From Malacoraja senta (Eukaryota), in NCBI GenBank assembly GCA_038087875.1, contig CM075988.1, forward strand, positions 20,212,001 to 20,276,000: a DNA stretch of 64,000 nucleotides, read 5' to 3'. This document shows, piece after piece, positions 11,161 to 22,290 of this stretch. The notes under the pieces were generated by a model, which did no database searches, was not told the origin of the DNA, and saw only the letters and a program-made list of their open reading frames with translations. A program made the position numbers and the translations under genes. Positions within the stretch are counted from its first letter, which is position 1. The number at the start of each line of letters is the position of its first letter.

Positions 11161-12200
11161 AGGCAGTGAAACTACCAGTGTTTGGTATTGTTATCCCGAG
11201 AAACTGCTCACAATTTTGCAATTTCCACGTTCATATTTGATACTGAAAGCCCAAAATTGCTAACATAAGTTCTGAGATTGTTGCAGGCTTTGCTGCTTAT
11301 GACCTTCTCCAACCAATCAAATATTTAACTTCTTTTGTGTCCATCCTCCATGTTTCAAATGTTGACATCGCTGTCATCGTCCGTCCTGAAAAGGACGCAA
11401 GCTTCCGGCGACAATCAGTGGGAGTCATCACTTGTTGCAATAAATGATGGTGGTAGCAGAGTTAGCTCAGGATACTTCTAGTTTCCAGTCCAGCGACGTG
11501 GACGCTTCTGCTATGGGGCCAATATTTAACTAATAGTGTCCAAAAGCACTATAATTACTGACTGGCAATCTCTCTGACTTAAAAAATATTTATGTATGTG
11601 TTTTGTTCATTCCTCACATTATTTCATGTGAAGGATGAGTGAAATATACACATAAAGCTATTAGCACTTTTGACAAGGATAGGATTTCTAGGGAAGTACA
11701 TTATCCCAAAGTATCAATACTGAGAATTTTTTCGACTATCGATGCTACTAATTGTACAGCAGCATATAATTGTGTACACATGTTCTACATTGTTCCAGCA
11801 TTTATTTCCATTGGTTTAATTAGTTGCTATTCATTGATTTTCTGTGACCAAGCAATGTTGTTTATGGCAGTTGAAAGTAGATTAGATTGGTTACATCAAT
11901 ACCAAAGCCTTTACTTGGCATTAGTACTGATATTGCAGTGCACTCTTGAATTGGAAAGTGAGCTTCCACAATGGATGCAATTTCCTGTTGTGTGGATGTA
12001 TCTTTCATTACTCTCTCTATATTCATGCACTCACTACTTTCTGTTTGGAGTTAATTTGTGTTTCATGTCCCGCATTGAATTTTCCTCTCTAAACTGAAGT
12101 ATATGATAGAAAACAGGAAAATAATTCAATGTATGAAAAATAATTTCAATCTGAACTTCCCACTTCTTTTCCCATTTGGAACCCTTGACTTTGACTAAAT

Positions 12201-12989
12201 AGAATCAGAATCAGAAGCAGGTTTATTGTCATTCAAACATATGTTCAAACGTAATTATGTTCCTGCAGTCCCACTAACAAAAAAACCAAAACACACAATC
12301 AACATAATTCCACACAAACATCCATCACAGTGAATCTCCAAACACCTCCTCACTGTGATGGAAGGTAAAAGTCGTCTAATCTCTTCCCTGCTCTCCATTC
12401 TTATTCTTCTCCCCGCAGTCAAGCAGCTGATCGAGGCTCTTGATGTTAGAGCCCCCGGCGGGCGATGGTAAGTCTTGCGGCCGTTTTAAGCCGCACCGGG
12501 CTATGTAAGGCCCCGCTCCAGGTCGATTTAAACCCCTAGATTCGGGCGGGCGAAGTTTGCTGTTGAGGGAGCTCCGAAAAGCGGTCTCCCACCAGGGACC
12601 CGCGAGCTCCCGATGTTACCGTCCACAGGGCCTGCAGCCGAAGCCTCCAAAGCTCCGAAGACGGGTCGCAGCCGCACGCCACCACAGCGCTCCGCACTCT
12701 GAAGTCGGCCAGCTCCGCGATGGTGAGTCTGCAGGCTCTGCGACTGGAGCCCCCAGGTCGATTCCGGTTGGAGGCCGCCGGCTCCACGGTGTTAGGCCCC
12801 AACAACAACGGAGACTCGACAAGTAAAAAGTCGGGTCCCGTACAGGGAAGAGTTTCCCCCGCCCCCCCCCCACATATACACTGCGAAAAATAATATAAAA
12901 ATTAAAACCAAAACATACACTTAACAGGACAAAAGAAAAAAAATACGGACCGACTGCAGAGGCCGCTGCCGCGAGGCGCCGCCATCTTG
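12201..12989 (-). mobile_element. GC-rich non-autonomous retroposon with YY1-like head and Rex1-type tail
   Basis: On the - strand it starts CAAGATGGCGGC and ends gacaataaac...(TTCTGA)n. It is CpG-rich and has an internal 13-bp stem (12321-12362). Confidence 0.6.
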
Positions 12990-14689
12990 CCAGGTAAGGT
13001 CCAGTTTATTTTCCTAGATTCCTTCAGTAAAGTAGAACCCTCCAGGCCACTGATTTAATTCAGCGAATTGTGAATGTTGTGATAGGATCAACTAGGTAGG
13101 CAGTGGGACTGTGGTGTGAAACAGTCCTGATCTATTCTCCACTCATGCTGAGCGATTTACTATATTACACTGTTCCAGTACTGGTCAAGTCTTGCATATT
13201 GAACACTGATGAGTTTGGATCTCCCAACACAGTCAGGATTAAAATCTATAAAACTCTTGGCATGTCCAGTGTCTTTAATTCTCAGACAAATAATTTATGC
13301 CGAGTACCATAACTTTACTTTGCACCAGAGCTGAAGATGCAAAGTAGTCTTTTCTGCCACAAAATTGCCACTGGATGTGGTTGCAACTTCTGTTGTCCAT
13401 CCCCAATGAGTAACATGGAATCATTAAAAATCAGAAAATATCTGAGTAATTTAATCTTTAATTGTAACTTTTTCAAGAGAACTGAACTTAGTATATTTGA
13501 GATATTAGCATTTCTGATAGGTAGATATCTAACATTATGCAACTGGTTAAATACTACAGGTACAATAATATCAGTTTGAGATCAACGATATTCAGAACTG
13601 ACCGGAATCCCTTAATAGTAGCGTATGATAGAACTATTGGGAAATTACAAATCTCTCGTGTAATTGCAACACAGATTGTAATGCCCAGAAATGTTTATCT
13701 TTGGCATACTGGTATTTGCAGTTCTTCTTCATGAGGTAATCAGATTTGTCGCGTGACTTTACTTTTATAGAAAATTATTGCTAGTCCCATAATCTTTAGA
13801 GTGTACTGGCATCAAATCCTCTAGAGCATTATTTCCATTTTTAGTCTCACTATGTTTAGAAGGCAAATTGAAAGAAAGTGATGTGCATGGTTTTGTTTCC
13901 CAACAGAAGTCCTACACATTTCCTCGTGGAAGTTCCAGTTTGAGATTATGTGCATTGACACTATATAAAATAGATTGGTGTAAAACAAAAAAAATGATGC
14001 AGTTTATTTGCAGCATATCTTAGTAGGAACTTGTATAAATGCAAAAATGCCTTGTTACAAAAGCACAGATCACACCGATGACTGGTCATACTTGCCCTCC
14101 GCACTTGCACACTGCAGTGCAGAAACACGGCACGTGCTAAAAGTCAGGCGATGGTGCATCTGAGCTTCCTACAGAGTAAAGAGGATGTTCTGTGATGCAG
14201 TGAGTGGTGGGGCAGTATGCACCTTGTCTTCAGCTCCACAACTTTGTGCCATCCACATCTGGTGCAGGTGGCAGCAGCATTCATTTGAAACAAAAACAGA
14301 AAATGCTGGAAACACTCAGCAGGTCAGGCAGCATCTGTAGCAAGAGAAACAGTCAAGGTTTTGGATTTGCCACTGACCATCTGAAGGAAATGCAAGAAAC
14401 AGAACCATCAAGGGTGGCAGAACTTGAGTTTAAAGGGAGTGTGGAAACTAGGCTTCCTCGAGTGGTCAGAAAACGCAGAAACCAGTGTCCTGGCAAGTGC
14501 TTGGGTTGCGTAGGAACCCGAGCCCCAGTGAGAGATTGCAGTGAGAAACCTGTACCTTGGTGAGTGCACAAGGAGCATGGGAACTGGGGATTTGGTGAGC
14601 AGAAGAGAGTGCCGGAGCCCAGTTAAGTATAAATAGCAAACATTGACCAGTGAGCAAAACCATCCGGACTTCCAAATGGCCGGATAGCG

Positions 14690-14965
14690 GATTAGACTCA
14701 CACAGCGTGGAAACAGGACCTTCGGCCCAACTTGTCCACGCCGGCCAACGTGCCCCATCTACAATTGTCCAACCTGCCTGCATTTGGCTCGTATTCTTCT
14801 AAACCTTTCCTATCCATATACCTGTCCAAATGTCTTTTCATCATTGTGATAGTACCTGCCATAGGCTACCTCCTCCTGCAGCTTGTTCCACATACCTACC
14901 ACCTTTTGTGTAAAAAAAGTTGCCCCACAGGTTCATTTTACATCTTTCCCCCTTAACCTTAAATT
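14690..14965 (-). mobile_element. CR1 3' tail fragment
   Basis: Reverse complement of the CR1 tail at 44160-44444. Confidence 0.7.
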
Positions 14966-15264
14966 GTCAGAGTTTTACATTTTGTCTTGTCCATCATGAG
15001 ATGACATTAAAATTTCACCAAGCTGCAACATCATTTAAGAATGCTGATAATTTATTTTATTTCTTAGTAAAGAATAACCCCCCCCACAAGGGAACAAATA
15101 GATATTTTATGCTGGATAACTGAAGAATGCATCATTTTAATTTTGGTATGTTGAAGACAGCACAATCAATGATTTTACAGTTCTTGGAGTTACTATTCTG
15201 TTCATGTTGCAAGTATAAACATTTATTAAAGGTCATTCTTGTTTAATTTTAGTGGATTATTATA

Positions 15265-15461
15265 ATGTGTTTTCGCTCGAACTTCACGTCAATCACTCGA
15301 CCTCCGCGCGGCCCCCGCTTCCGGTTTGGTCGCGCTCGCCGAATGCAGCCGCATGCTGGTGGGACCGGTCCTGTACGGGGATCACTCGACCTCCGCGCGG
15401 CCCCCGCTTCCGGTTTGGTCGCGCTTGCCGCATGCAGTCGCATACTTGTGGGACAGGCCCT
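15265..15461. mobile_element. PIF/Harbinger-type MITE fragment (one TIR, internal duplication)
   Basis: It ends GTGGGACAGGCCCT followed by TAA, the same TIR as 17131-17427. Two units of about 80 bp lie at 15292 and 15382. Confidence 0.6.
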
Positions 15462-15939
15462 TAACCCTCTAAGTTACTGCAGCACATGTGTCTTTTGTTG
15501 TAAACCACCATCTGCAGTTCCTTGTTTCTACAATCTAACATAAAGTTTGCTCAAGCAATGCAGATGACTCCATATAGTGAATGCTCAAAATCACAAATAC
15601 TTCAGTCACAAGATTAGAATATTGATCATTGTGGAATCATACCGAAATGTAAATTTTCTCCTTAATACAGTAGCTTTGCACTGTTTCAGTTACTTCCCCG
15701 GCTGTAAAATTCTTTGGTCATGAAGGACACTTTCGTTTGTCTTACTTTGTCTTTTTTCTTCAACCTTTGTAATTCCTGGTGGTGGAGGCAGATACATAGA
15801 AAGTAGAATCCTCCAGGCCACTGATTTGCATCAATGGATTGTAAATGTTGTAATATGAGAGGTCAGTTAGACAAAGAAACCGTAGTGTGAGACTGACATA
15901 CCCATTGATACCCAATTCTGTATAACTTGGGTAGCCTTT

Positions 15940-16245
15940 TTTTCTAATGATTCATTCCAGGATGGAAATGTGAAAGGCTAGAGATCATAGCTTTAAGGTC
16001 CGAGGAGAAAAATTTAATGAGATCAGCAAGGCTGATCAACAAATAGTGAATGTGAGAAAGCATTGCCATGGGTGGTGGTGGAAGTAGATGCGATAGTGGC
16101 CTTTAAGAAGCTTTTAGATAGGCACTTGGAGATGCAGGGAATGGAAGGATATGGATCACATGCAGGCTGGGGAGATTAGTTTTTTGAGGCATCATGCTCG
16201 GCACAGACATGACGGTCTGATGAACGTATTCATGTGCTATTCTAC
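15940..16245 (+). mobile_element. CR1 3' fragment (old)
   Basis: ctagagatcatagctttaagg...gtggtggaagtagat...ttagataggcac, homologous to the other CR1 tails. Confidence 0.6.
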
Positions 16246-17250
16246 AGATATTCTATAGGACAAAAATAATGTATTTGGAAGGCAAAAGCATTTTGATGCG
16301 AATCTGTGGGCCAGTTGCAGCATGATAGCACATCTTTATGTCAATTACATTTGATTAGCTGCGATTTTTTTCCCCATTGTCTTTCAAACAAACTGACACT
16401 TGTCATGCTTTGGCCTAAAGGATCTTCATTGCTTGTAATGCATTAAAACCATTGATTTGTTTTTGTGAAATTTTGGCTAAAGCAAATAAAATCATTATCA
16501 AAAACAGATACTTTTCCCAATGCTAACAATAAACATGACATGTATGTGGTAAATTACTTATCATTGATGTTTTACATGCAGAACCCTGGCTGAGGCAGTG
16601 CTCCATTGTGGGTCCTAGACTTTCTAATAAAGCATTCAACTCTCCCATTGGTAGGCTGGGCTCCTCTGATTTAGATCTCTCTTTTGCTTCAGTCCCCTGG
16701 GTACCATTTGCATTAATCATCATGACTCGTGCATGAGGTGTCCAAAGACATGATCATTGATATACTGTTTAATTCAACATGTACACATATCAGTGAGAAA
16801 GAGTGGGACGGTTGTCGACGTTAGAATTCATAAGAACACGTATTCATCATAAAATATGTTTCTCTAATTGGATATCACAATGTTGCAATTATTGAAATGA
16901 GTAAGCATTGGATCATTTGCTAAGTGTTTAAACATTTGAGCACCATTAATGTGAAGGAGTGTTGCTGGATATAACTCAAATGTTTTGGGAAGACTGTATT
17001 TAATGATAGTATACATTAGGTGGCAGTAGATCATCACAATTGTGCTTTACCTTTTCAATGTAAATTTAGGTTGTGTTTCCTTTGCTGTGCAGTAGCTGTA
17101 CAGTGAGAGTAAGTATGAACAGTTGTGTTAAGGGCCTGTCCCACTTGGCCGTCATTTACGCGACAGACCGGTAGTGACTGACGCGCGACGGTAGCGCGCG
17201 TCATCATGCGTCCGCACAGGCGTCTGGAGCGCGTGATGTCATTTGAAGAT

Positions 17251-17370
17251 AGACACAAAATGCTGGAGTAACTCAGCAGGACCGGCAGCATCTCTGGAGA
17301 GAAGGAATGGATGATGTTTCGGGTCGAGACTCTTCAGTCTGAAGAAGGGTCTCTACCCGAAACGTCACCC
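17251..17370. mobile_element. Penelope-derived inverted hammerhead cassette nested in the MITE
   Basis: A - strand cassette (17251-17337) abuts a + strand motif (17339-17366). Confidence 0.75.
17339..17366 (+). ncRNA. Minimal hammerhead ribozyme motif (intact core)
   Basis: CTGAAGA-A-GGGT(CTCT)ACCC-GAAA-CGTC, with a GUC cleavage triplet. Confidence 0.62.
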
Positions 17371-17811
17371 ACACGCTAGCAGGTCGCGTAAATGGCGTGC
17401 GAATGACGGCCAAGTGGGACAGGCCCTTTAGGTTCAATTTGATACTCAGCTAGATGAGGAAGAGAGAACTAGCAGTTATTCCTGTTCTTGATCACACTGC
17501 TTGATCAATATGAGAGCAGACTGCTCAGATCAGGTACTGAAAAACTTCCAATATAGTCAAGAGTGTTTAATTGTCATGAATCCATGACGGAACAATGAAA
17601 TTCATACTTGCAGCAGCTTACCAGGCCTGTGCACACAATACTTATTAATAACACATAATAAAGATCAGTAAACTAATAACTAATAATCAGTGCATGTGTC
17701 ATTACCTGCCAGCTCTTTCAAAACATGAGGGTAAAACATGAAGATTTGTATATAAATGCTGTTTGACTAGCACGGATTCCATAAATTAAAACTGGGTAAG
17801 TTTGCATTTTT

Positions 17812-18323
17812 AGGCCCTACCAAGACATTTCTAGATACATGGAACCCTTTCTCTGAACTGGTTAACTCTCTTACCTTGTCCCCGGACTCGGAAGAAGACT
17901 GAGCGTTCTCCATCATCGTTTTGTTCTACAGCAGCTGCTTTCCCCTTAACCCCCCCCTCCCTACAATTGTTTGTTTAGATATATATGTATATATATATAT
18001 TTTTTTATTTTTTATTTTATATTTTTAATTATATATTTTTTAATTTTATTTTTTATTTTTTTATTTTTATATAGCACATTTTGTTTCGTCTATTCTACCA
18101 TTTGTGTGTGGATGTGTACGTATGTGAGTGTTGTTTGTCCCCGTTTGGCTCCGACCTGACTTGGGTGGGTTGAAGGTGGGTAAGGGTAAGGATTTTGAGG
18201 ATCGCTTACATACTGTTGTACAATTATGCCTTGATTGTTACTGTCTGTTATTATTGTATGTATGTAAATTGCCGTGAAATTCAAATAAAAAGATTTAAAT
18301 CGAGAAAAAAAAAAGAAAAAAAA
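17812..18323 (+). mobile_element. 5'-truncated L1-clade LINE (ORF2 C-terminus, 3'UTR, polyA) with 10-bp TSD
   Basis: Translates as GPTKTFLDTWNPFSELVNS...*. It has AATAAA and an A-rich tail. TSD TTGCATTTTT at 17802-17811 and 18324-18333. Confidence 0.75.
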
Positions 18324-19254
18324 TTGCATTTTTCAAAAATGCATTAAACTAATATTTCCTTGAAAGAGTTTCATTGTTCTGTTGTTGGTACATATGACAA
18401 TTAAACACTCTTGACTTGACTCTTCATTCTTCATTGAAGAACTTGGTGGACTGTGGCCCTTTACAGAGCTCTGTGAAAAGATTAAAATGCTGTATCACAT
18501 TCTGCAATCTATTCTCCTTGCTTTCTCTGCTTTAGCATGGTTAGTTCCTGGCCGGTCATAATACAAAGCTCTGTAACTCCAGTCAAAAATTAATATTAAA
18601 AAACAAGTTAAGAAGGACCTTGCATCATTTCACAATTTAATGCCTGTCAGGTGTCCAGGGAACCATTGTCAACATTGTCAATTGCAGGGAGTAAGCCACA
18701 CATGATTTACTTCCTGCTGTGTGCAGGGTGAAATGGAATATTGCTGAGATCCACTCTCGAGCTATTCAGCTTCTAATATGCCTCTATTATACAGAAGCCT
18801 CTTGCCATAATAAAGTACAAAAGGATGATAAAAGCACAGCACATAGATCAACGATTCCAGCGTTTTTCCATATACCCCAAAATGACGTTATTGTTTTTTC
18901 CATTAAAGTCTTCAACTCTGTGTCCAAGCATTAGTGTCAGTTTCCAAACAGTATATTTAATGGACTTGGCTACTAATTGAGACAGTTGCATTTTTTTAAT
19001 AGAAGCCAGAATAATTAAAATGCGTTGAGTCGCAACTTGAGAAGGATTATTACAGAATATAATCTTCAGATTTCTTTAAACTTTAAAACTTTATTGCATA
19101 TATGTGTGTGTTATGAGTGACCCAATTAATTCCACTGTGAGATGCAGATATTTCAGTGATGTTTCATATATTTCTTCAAAGCCTGTTTATTTCTTATTTT
19201 GAGGGAATTGAGATAAAAATACAATGAATATTATCTTTTCTAATCTGAGAATAT

Positions 19255-19570
19255 GGTAGAATGAATTAAGACCTGTTGAGTCAACACATAAATTTAAATT
19301 CCACCACGGCAGCTGGGGAATTCAAGTTCAAATAATTGAATAAATGAAGAGTAAAAGGAAAGAACCAGGAATAGAGGCCATGGAACAGTGTCATTAAAAA
19401 CCCGACTGATTCACTACTCTTCCTCGGGGAAGGAAATTTGCCATCTTTGCCAACTTGTGACTCCAGACTTCTAGCACACTGGTTGACTCATAACTGCCTC
19501 CTGCAGTGGTTCAGAAAGTCAGGAGAAGTTAGGGATTGACAATAAATGCCAAAACATCCAATGAGTGGAT
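19255..19570 (+). mobile_element. SacSINE1/DeuSINE-like ancient SINE
   Basis: aaattccaccacggcagctgg...aaaaacccgactgattcacta...ggaaggaaatttgccatc...gtgactccaga...ggttgactc...aataaatgcc. Confidence 0.6.
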
Positions 19571-19710
19571 AGGTAAAAAAATACAATAACGGAACACTGT
19601 CCTGATGGGAGGCCGTCAACCTGAAGCATTAACTCTGTAAATTCTGTTTTTTTCTGTTCACTGTTACAACCTGACTAGCTGAGGATTTCCATCATCTTCT
19701 AGTTTTATTT

Positions 19711-20400
19711 AATGGTGTCAGGAAAACAATCTAGCCCTTAACGCCATCAGTATGAAAGAGTTGAGGTGGTGAACACAACCCAGTTTTCATTACAGATTTG
19801 CTGTAGAGAAGGTGGAAAGTTTCAAGTTCCTAAGCATCCATATTCACCAGCAACCTAATCTGGCCCCTTCACACTGCTGAGGTGTATTTACTTTCTTCAG
19901 CATCTGAAAAAAATTGAGATGTCCACGAGGATTTTCTTGAACTTCTATGGATGTGCTATGGAAAGCATTCTGATGGGATGCATCTCAGCCTGGTATGGCA
20001 ACTGCTGTGCTCTTGACCACCTGAGCATGTCGAGAGTGGTGAACACAGCCCAGACCATTACAGGCTTGTCACTTCCTTTCATCCAGTCCATCATCTTGGT
20101 GCATCAGGAAACCTGCAAATATTGTCAAAGATGCCTGCCACCCTGGCCATTCCCTTTTCAAGGGAAGATGCAGGCGCTTGAAATTTTGTACATCCAAACA
20201 CGAACAGCTTGCTCCCTCGTGATAACAAATTCCTGAATCGTTCGTCTCTATCACACCCCTTTGTCGGAGGTGCTGTCACATGATCTTGCTCATTACCTTA
20301 TTGATATTCTGTTAATGCACTGTAGATGTTGCACTACTTTGTACTAGTACAATCTTTGCATCACATTGTGGTTATTGTTGTACTTCTTCTGTTTACTCTA
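19711..20400 (+). mobile_element. Rex1/Babar LINE 3' fragment
   Basis: ORF 19919..20236 has NFYGCAMESILMGCISAWYGNC and RVVNTAQTITG. Confidence 0.75.
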
Positions 20401-20771
20401 TGAGCTTCATGTGAATATTGCACGCTGGTGTCTATGAAACACCTTGGTGTAATGAGGTGTCCCGGCCTGTCGCTGCGCACCGGCAATGGAGGACCCGCTC
20501 GCTGTGGACCGACGACGGAGGACCCACTCGCCGGAGACTGAGACTCGCCCGCCGCAGACTGACGATGGAGGACCCACTGCTAGGCCTGGTTTGCCCACCG
20601 CAGACTCTGATTCGGGCCCAAGCCACCGGTATCAACGGGAATCGCAACACCGAGAGCAAGGAAGGACTGAGAGCGAGGCTGAGATGGACTGCTGAGAATA
20701 ATATGGGCCGCCGAGAAGGAAGGGGGAACTGGGGGGGGGGGGCGGGGGAAGATATGATAGAATTGTTCTTT

Positions 20772-20934
20772 TAAGAAGGAACTGCAGATGCTGGAAAATC
20801 GAAGGTAGACAAAAATGCTGGAGAAACTCAGCGGTTGAGGCATCATTTATGGAGCGAAGGAAATAGGCGACGTTTCAGGACGAGACCCTTCAGACTCGAA
20901 ATAGGCGACGTTTCGGGTCGAGACCCTTCTTCAG
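20772..20934 (-). mobile_element. Penelope-derived cassette with tandem hammerhead motifs
   Basis: A perfect motif at 20907-20934 and a degenerate direct copy at 20869-20893. Confidence 0.75.
20907..20934 (-). ncRNA. Minimal hammerhead ribozyme motif (consensus)
   Basis: Reverse complement is CTGAAGAAGGGTCTCGACCCGAAACGTC. Confidence 0.65.
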
Positions 20935-21089
20935 ATAGGATTGTTTGGTACTTCTGTAACTTTGTCAGTGCCAAAACCTGACAACACTTGTGTACTGCCT
21001 AGGTTGTATGCAAAGCAAAGCATTTCACCGTACCTAGGTACATGTGACAATAACATTTAATTTCTTCATTTATGAAATGTCAATCATCA

Positions 21090-21330
21090 TTGACCTCGGG
21101 TGCTGCCTGTGTGGAATTTTCATGTTTACCCTGTCATGGCGTATATTTCCTCCGGCCCTCCAGTTTTCTCAGACATGTGGGTTTGCGGGTTAATTGGCCT
21201 GTTTAAATTTCACCTAGTGTGTAGGGAATGGATGAAAAAGTGGAGTAACAGAACTAATGTAAACGGTTGATCAATGGTTGGTGTGAACCAAAGGACCAAT
21301 TTCCATGCAGTATCTCCAAACTAAACTAAA
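21090..21330 (+). mobile_element. V-SINE (HE1-like) fragment
   Basis: tgtgtggaattttcatgtt...ggttaattggcc...cctagtgtgtagg, with a (CTAAA)n tail. Confidence 0.65.
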
Positions 21331-22178
21331 TCAAATAGATCAGTCAGCATTCTTCTCAACTCAATACAAATTAAATGTATGCTGCCTGTCCTCATAATTT
21401 AATCCTTTAATCCTTAGAATTAATCGGAAGCATTGTTTGCATCACCTCCATGTACAGTGTGGCGATAGTTTGAGAAAGAATTGTTCTTTAAATTGTTTAA
21501 TTATTGTTATATAGAATGCTTGCTCAAAATTCTTCTCATTAATGTTTTTATCTTTAATATTTTCATTACCGTGACAACTTTAGATGTTTTCAAATCGCTA
21601 CCATCTTGCTGATGTTCATCTCAGCACTTGAAGATTTTGACTTTTCAAGTATTAGGTAATAATTCTGTTAATTGGGTAAAAGGAATCTCAAGCCTCTATT
21701 GAGTAACAGAAATTGTTTTGGTTGCCAAAATATCATTGTAAATTAAGCTGTAATAAATAAAATCAAGCACAGAAATTGCATAACCACATATAATAGCACA
21801 GATTGTGCGTGCATAACATATTGAGAAGCAAAGGGAACCGGGAACTCAAAAATCCTTTCTTTTAGCAGAAGCATATTGGGTATAGAAAGGGCTGCATCTG
21901 GCTGTAGTTCATAAAAATGACTAATTGTTAACGGATTTAATGAGCTTCTTATCTCACAGTTTGGGATATTTTACACCATGCCTGTCTTACAATGGTTTCA
22001 CTGTATCACAATACAGCCACTGCAGTTATCCCAATTACCTGAGGGAGTAGATTTCAGCTGAGGTCAAGTTCATGTATACCTATGTTCAGTTTGGTTGCCA
22101 CCTCTTTTGACCAGAAAGTCATTCAAGACATTTCTCATGAAAATGGAAAAGGAATAGACAGTGTAACAGCTTACATTC

Positions 22179-22290
22179 TTACTTCACACTCCTACAGTTA
22201 CAGATTTCACCACCGGTAGCCCATGTCTGTTTGAATGCTTACTTTATCCTCCTACAGTTACAAGTCTGATTGCCAACACTCATGTCTAGT
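22179..22290 (+). repeat. Diverged 60-bp tandem duplication
   Basis: ttactt....ctcctacagttaca...catgtct occurs twice, 60 bp apart. Confidence 0.6.

Larger units (their letters stand above)
17131..17427. mobile_element. PIF/Harbinger-type MITE with TIRs and TTA target-site duplication
   Basis: TIRs AGGGCCTGTCCCACTTGGCCGTCATT / AATGACGGCCAAGTGGGACAGGCCCT, with TTA at 17128-17130 and 17428-17430. Confidence 0.85.
20455..21055 (+). mobile_element. GC-rich non-autonomous element with Rex1-type tail, interrupted by a Penelope cassette
   Basis: CpG-rich body 20455-20760, core gtgccaaaacctgacaacacttgtgtactgcc, and tail ggtacatgtgacaataa. Confidence 0.55.

Noticed and set aside
20756-20945. Apparent 12-bp TSD (GATAGAATTGTT / GATAGGATTGTT) around the Penelope cassette
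   Set aside because: The match is imperfect, and GATAGGA also follows the motif at 31223, so it may be element sequence.
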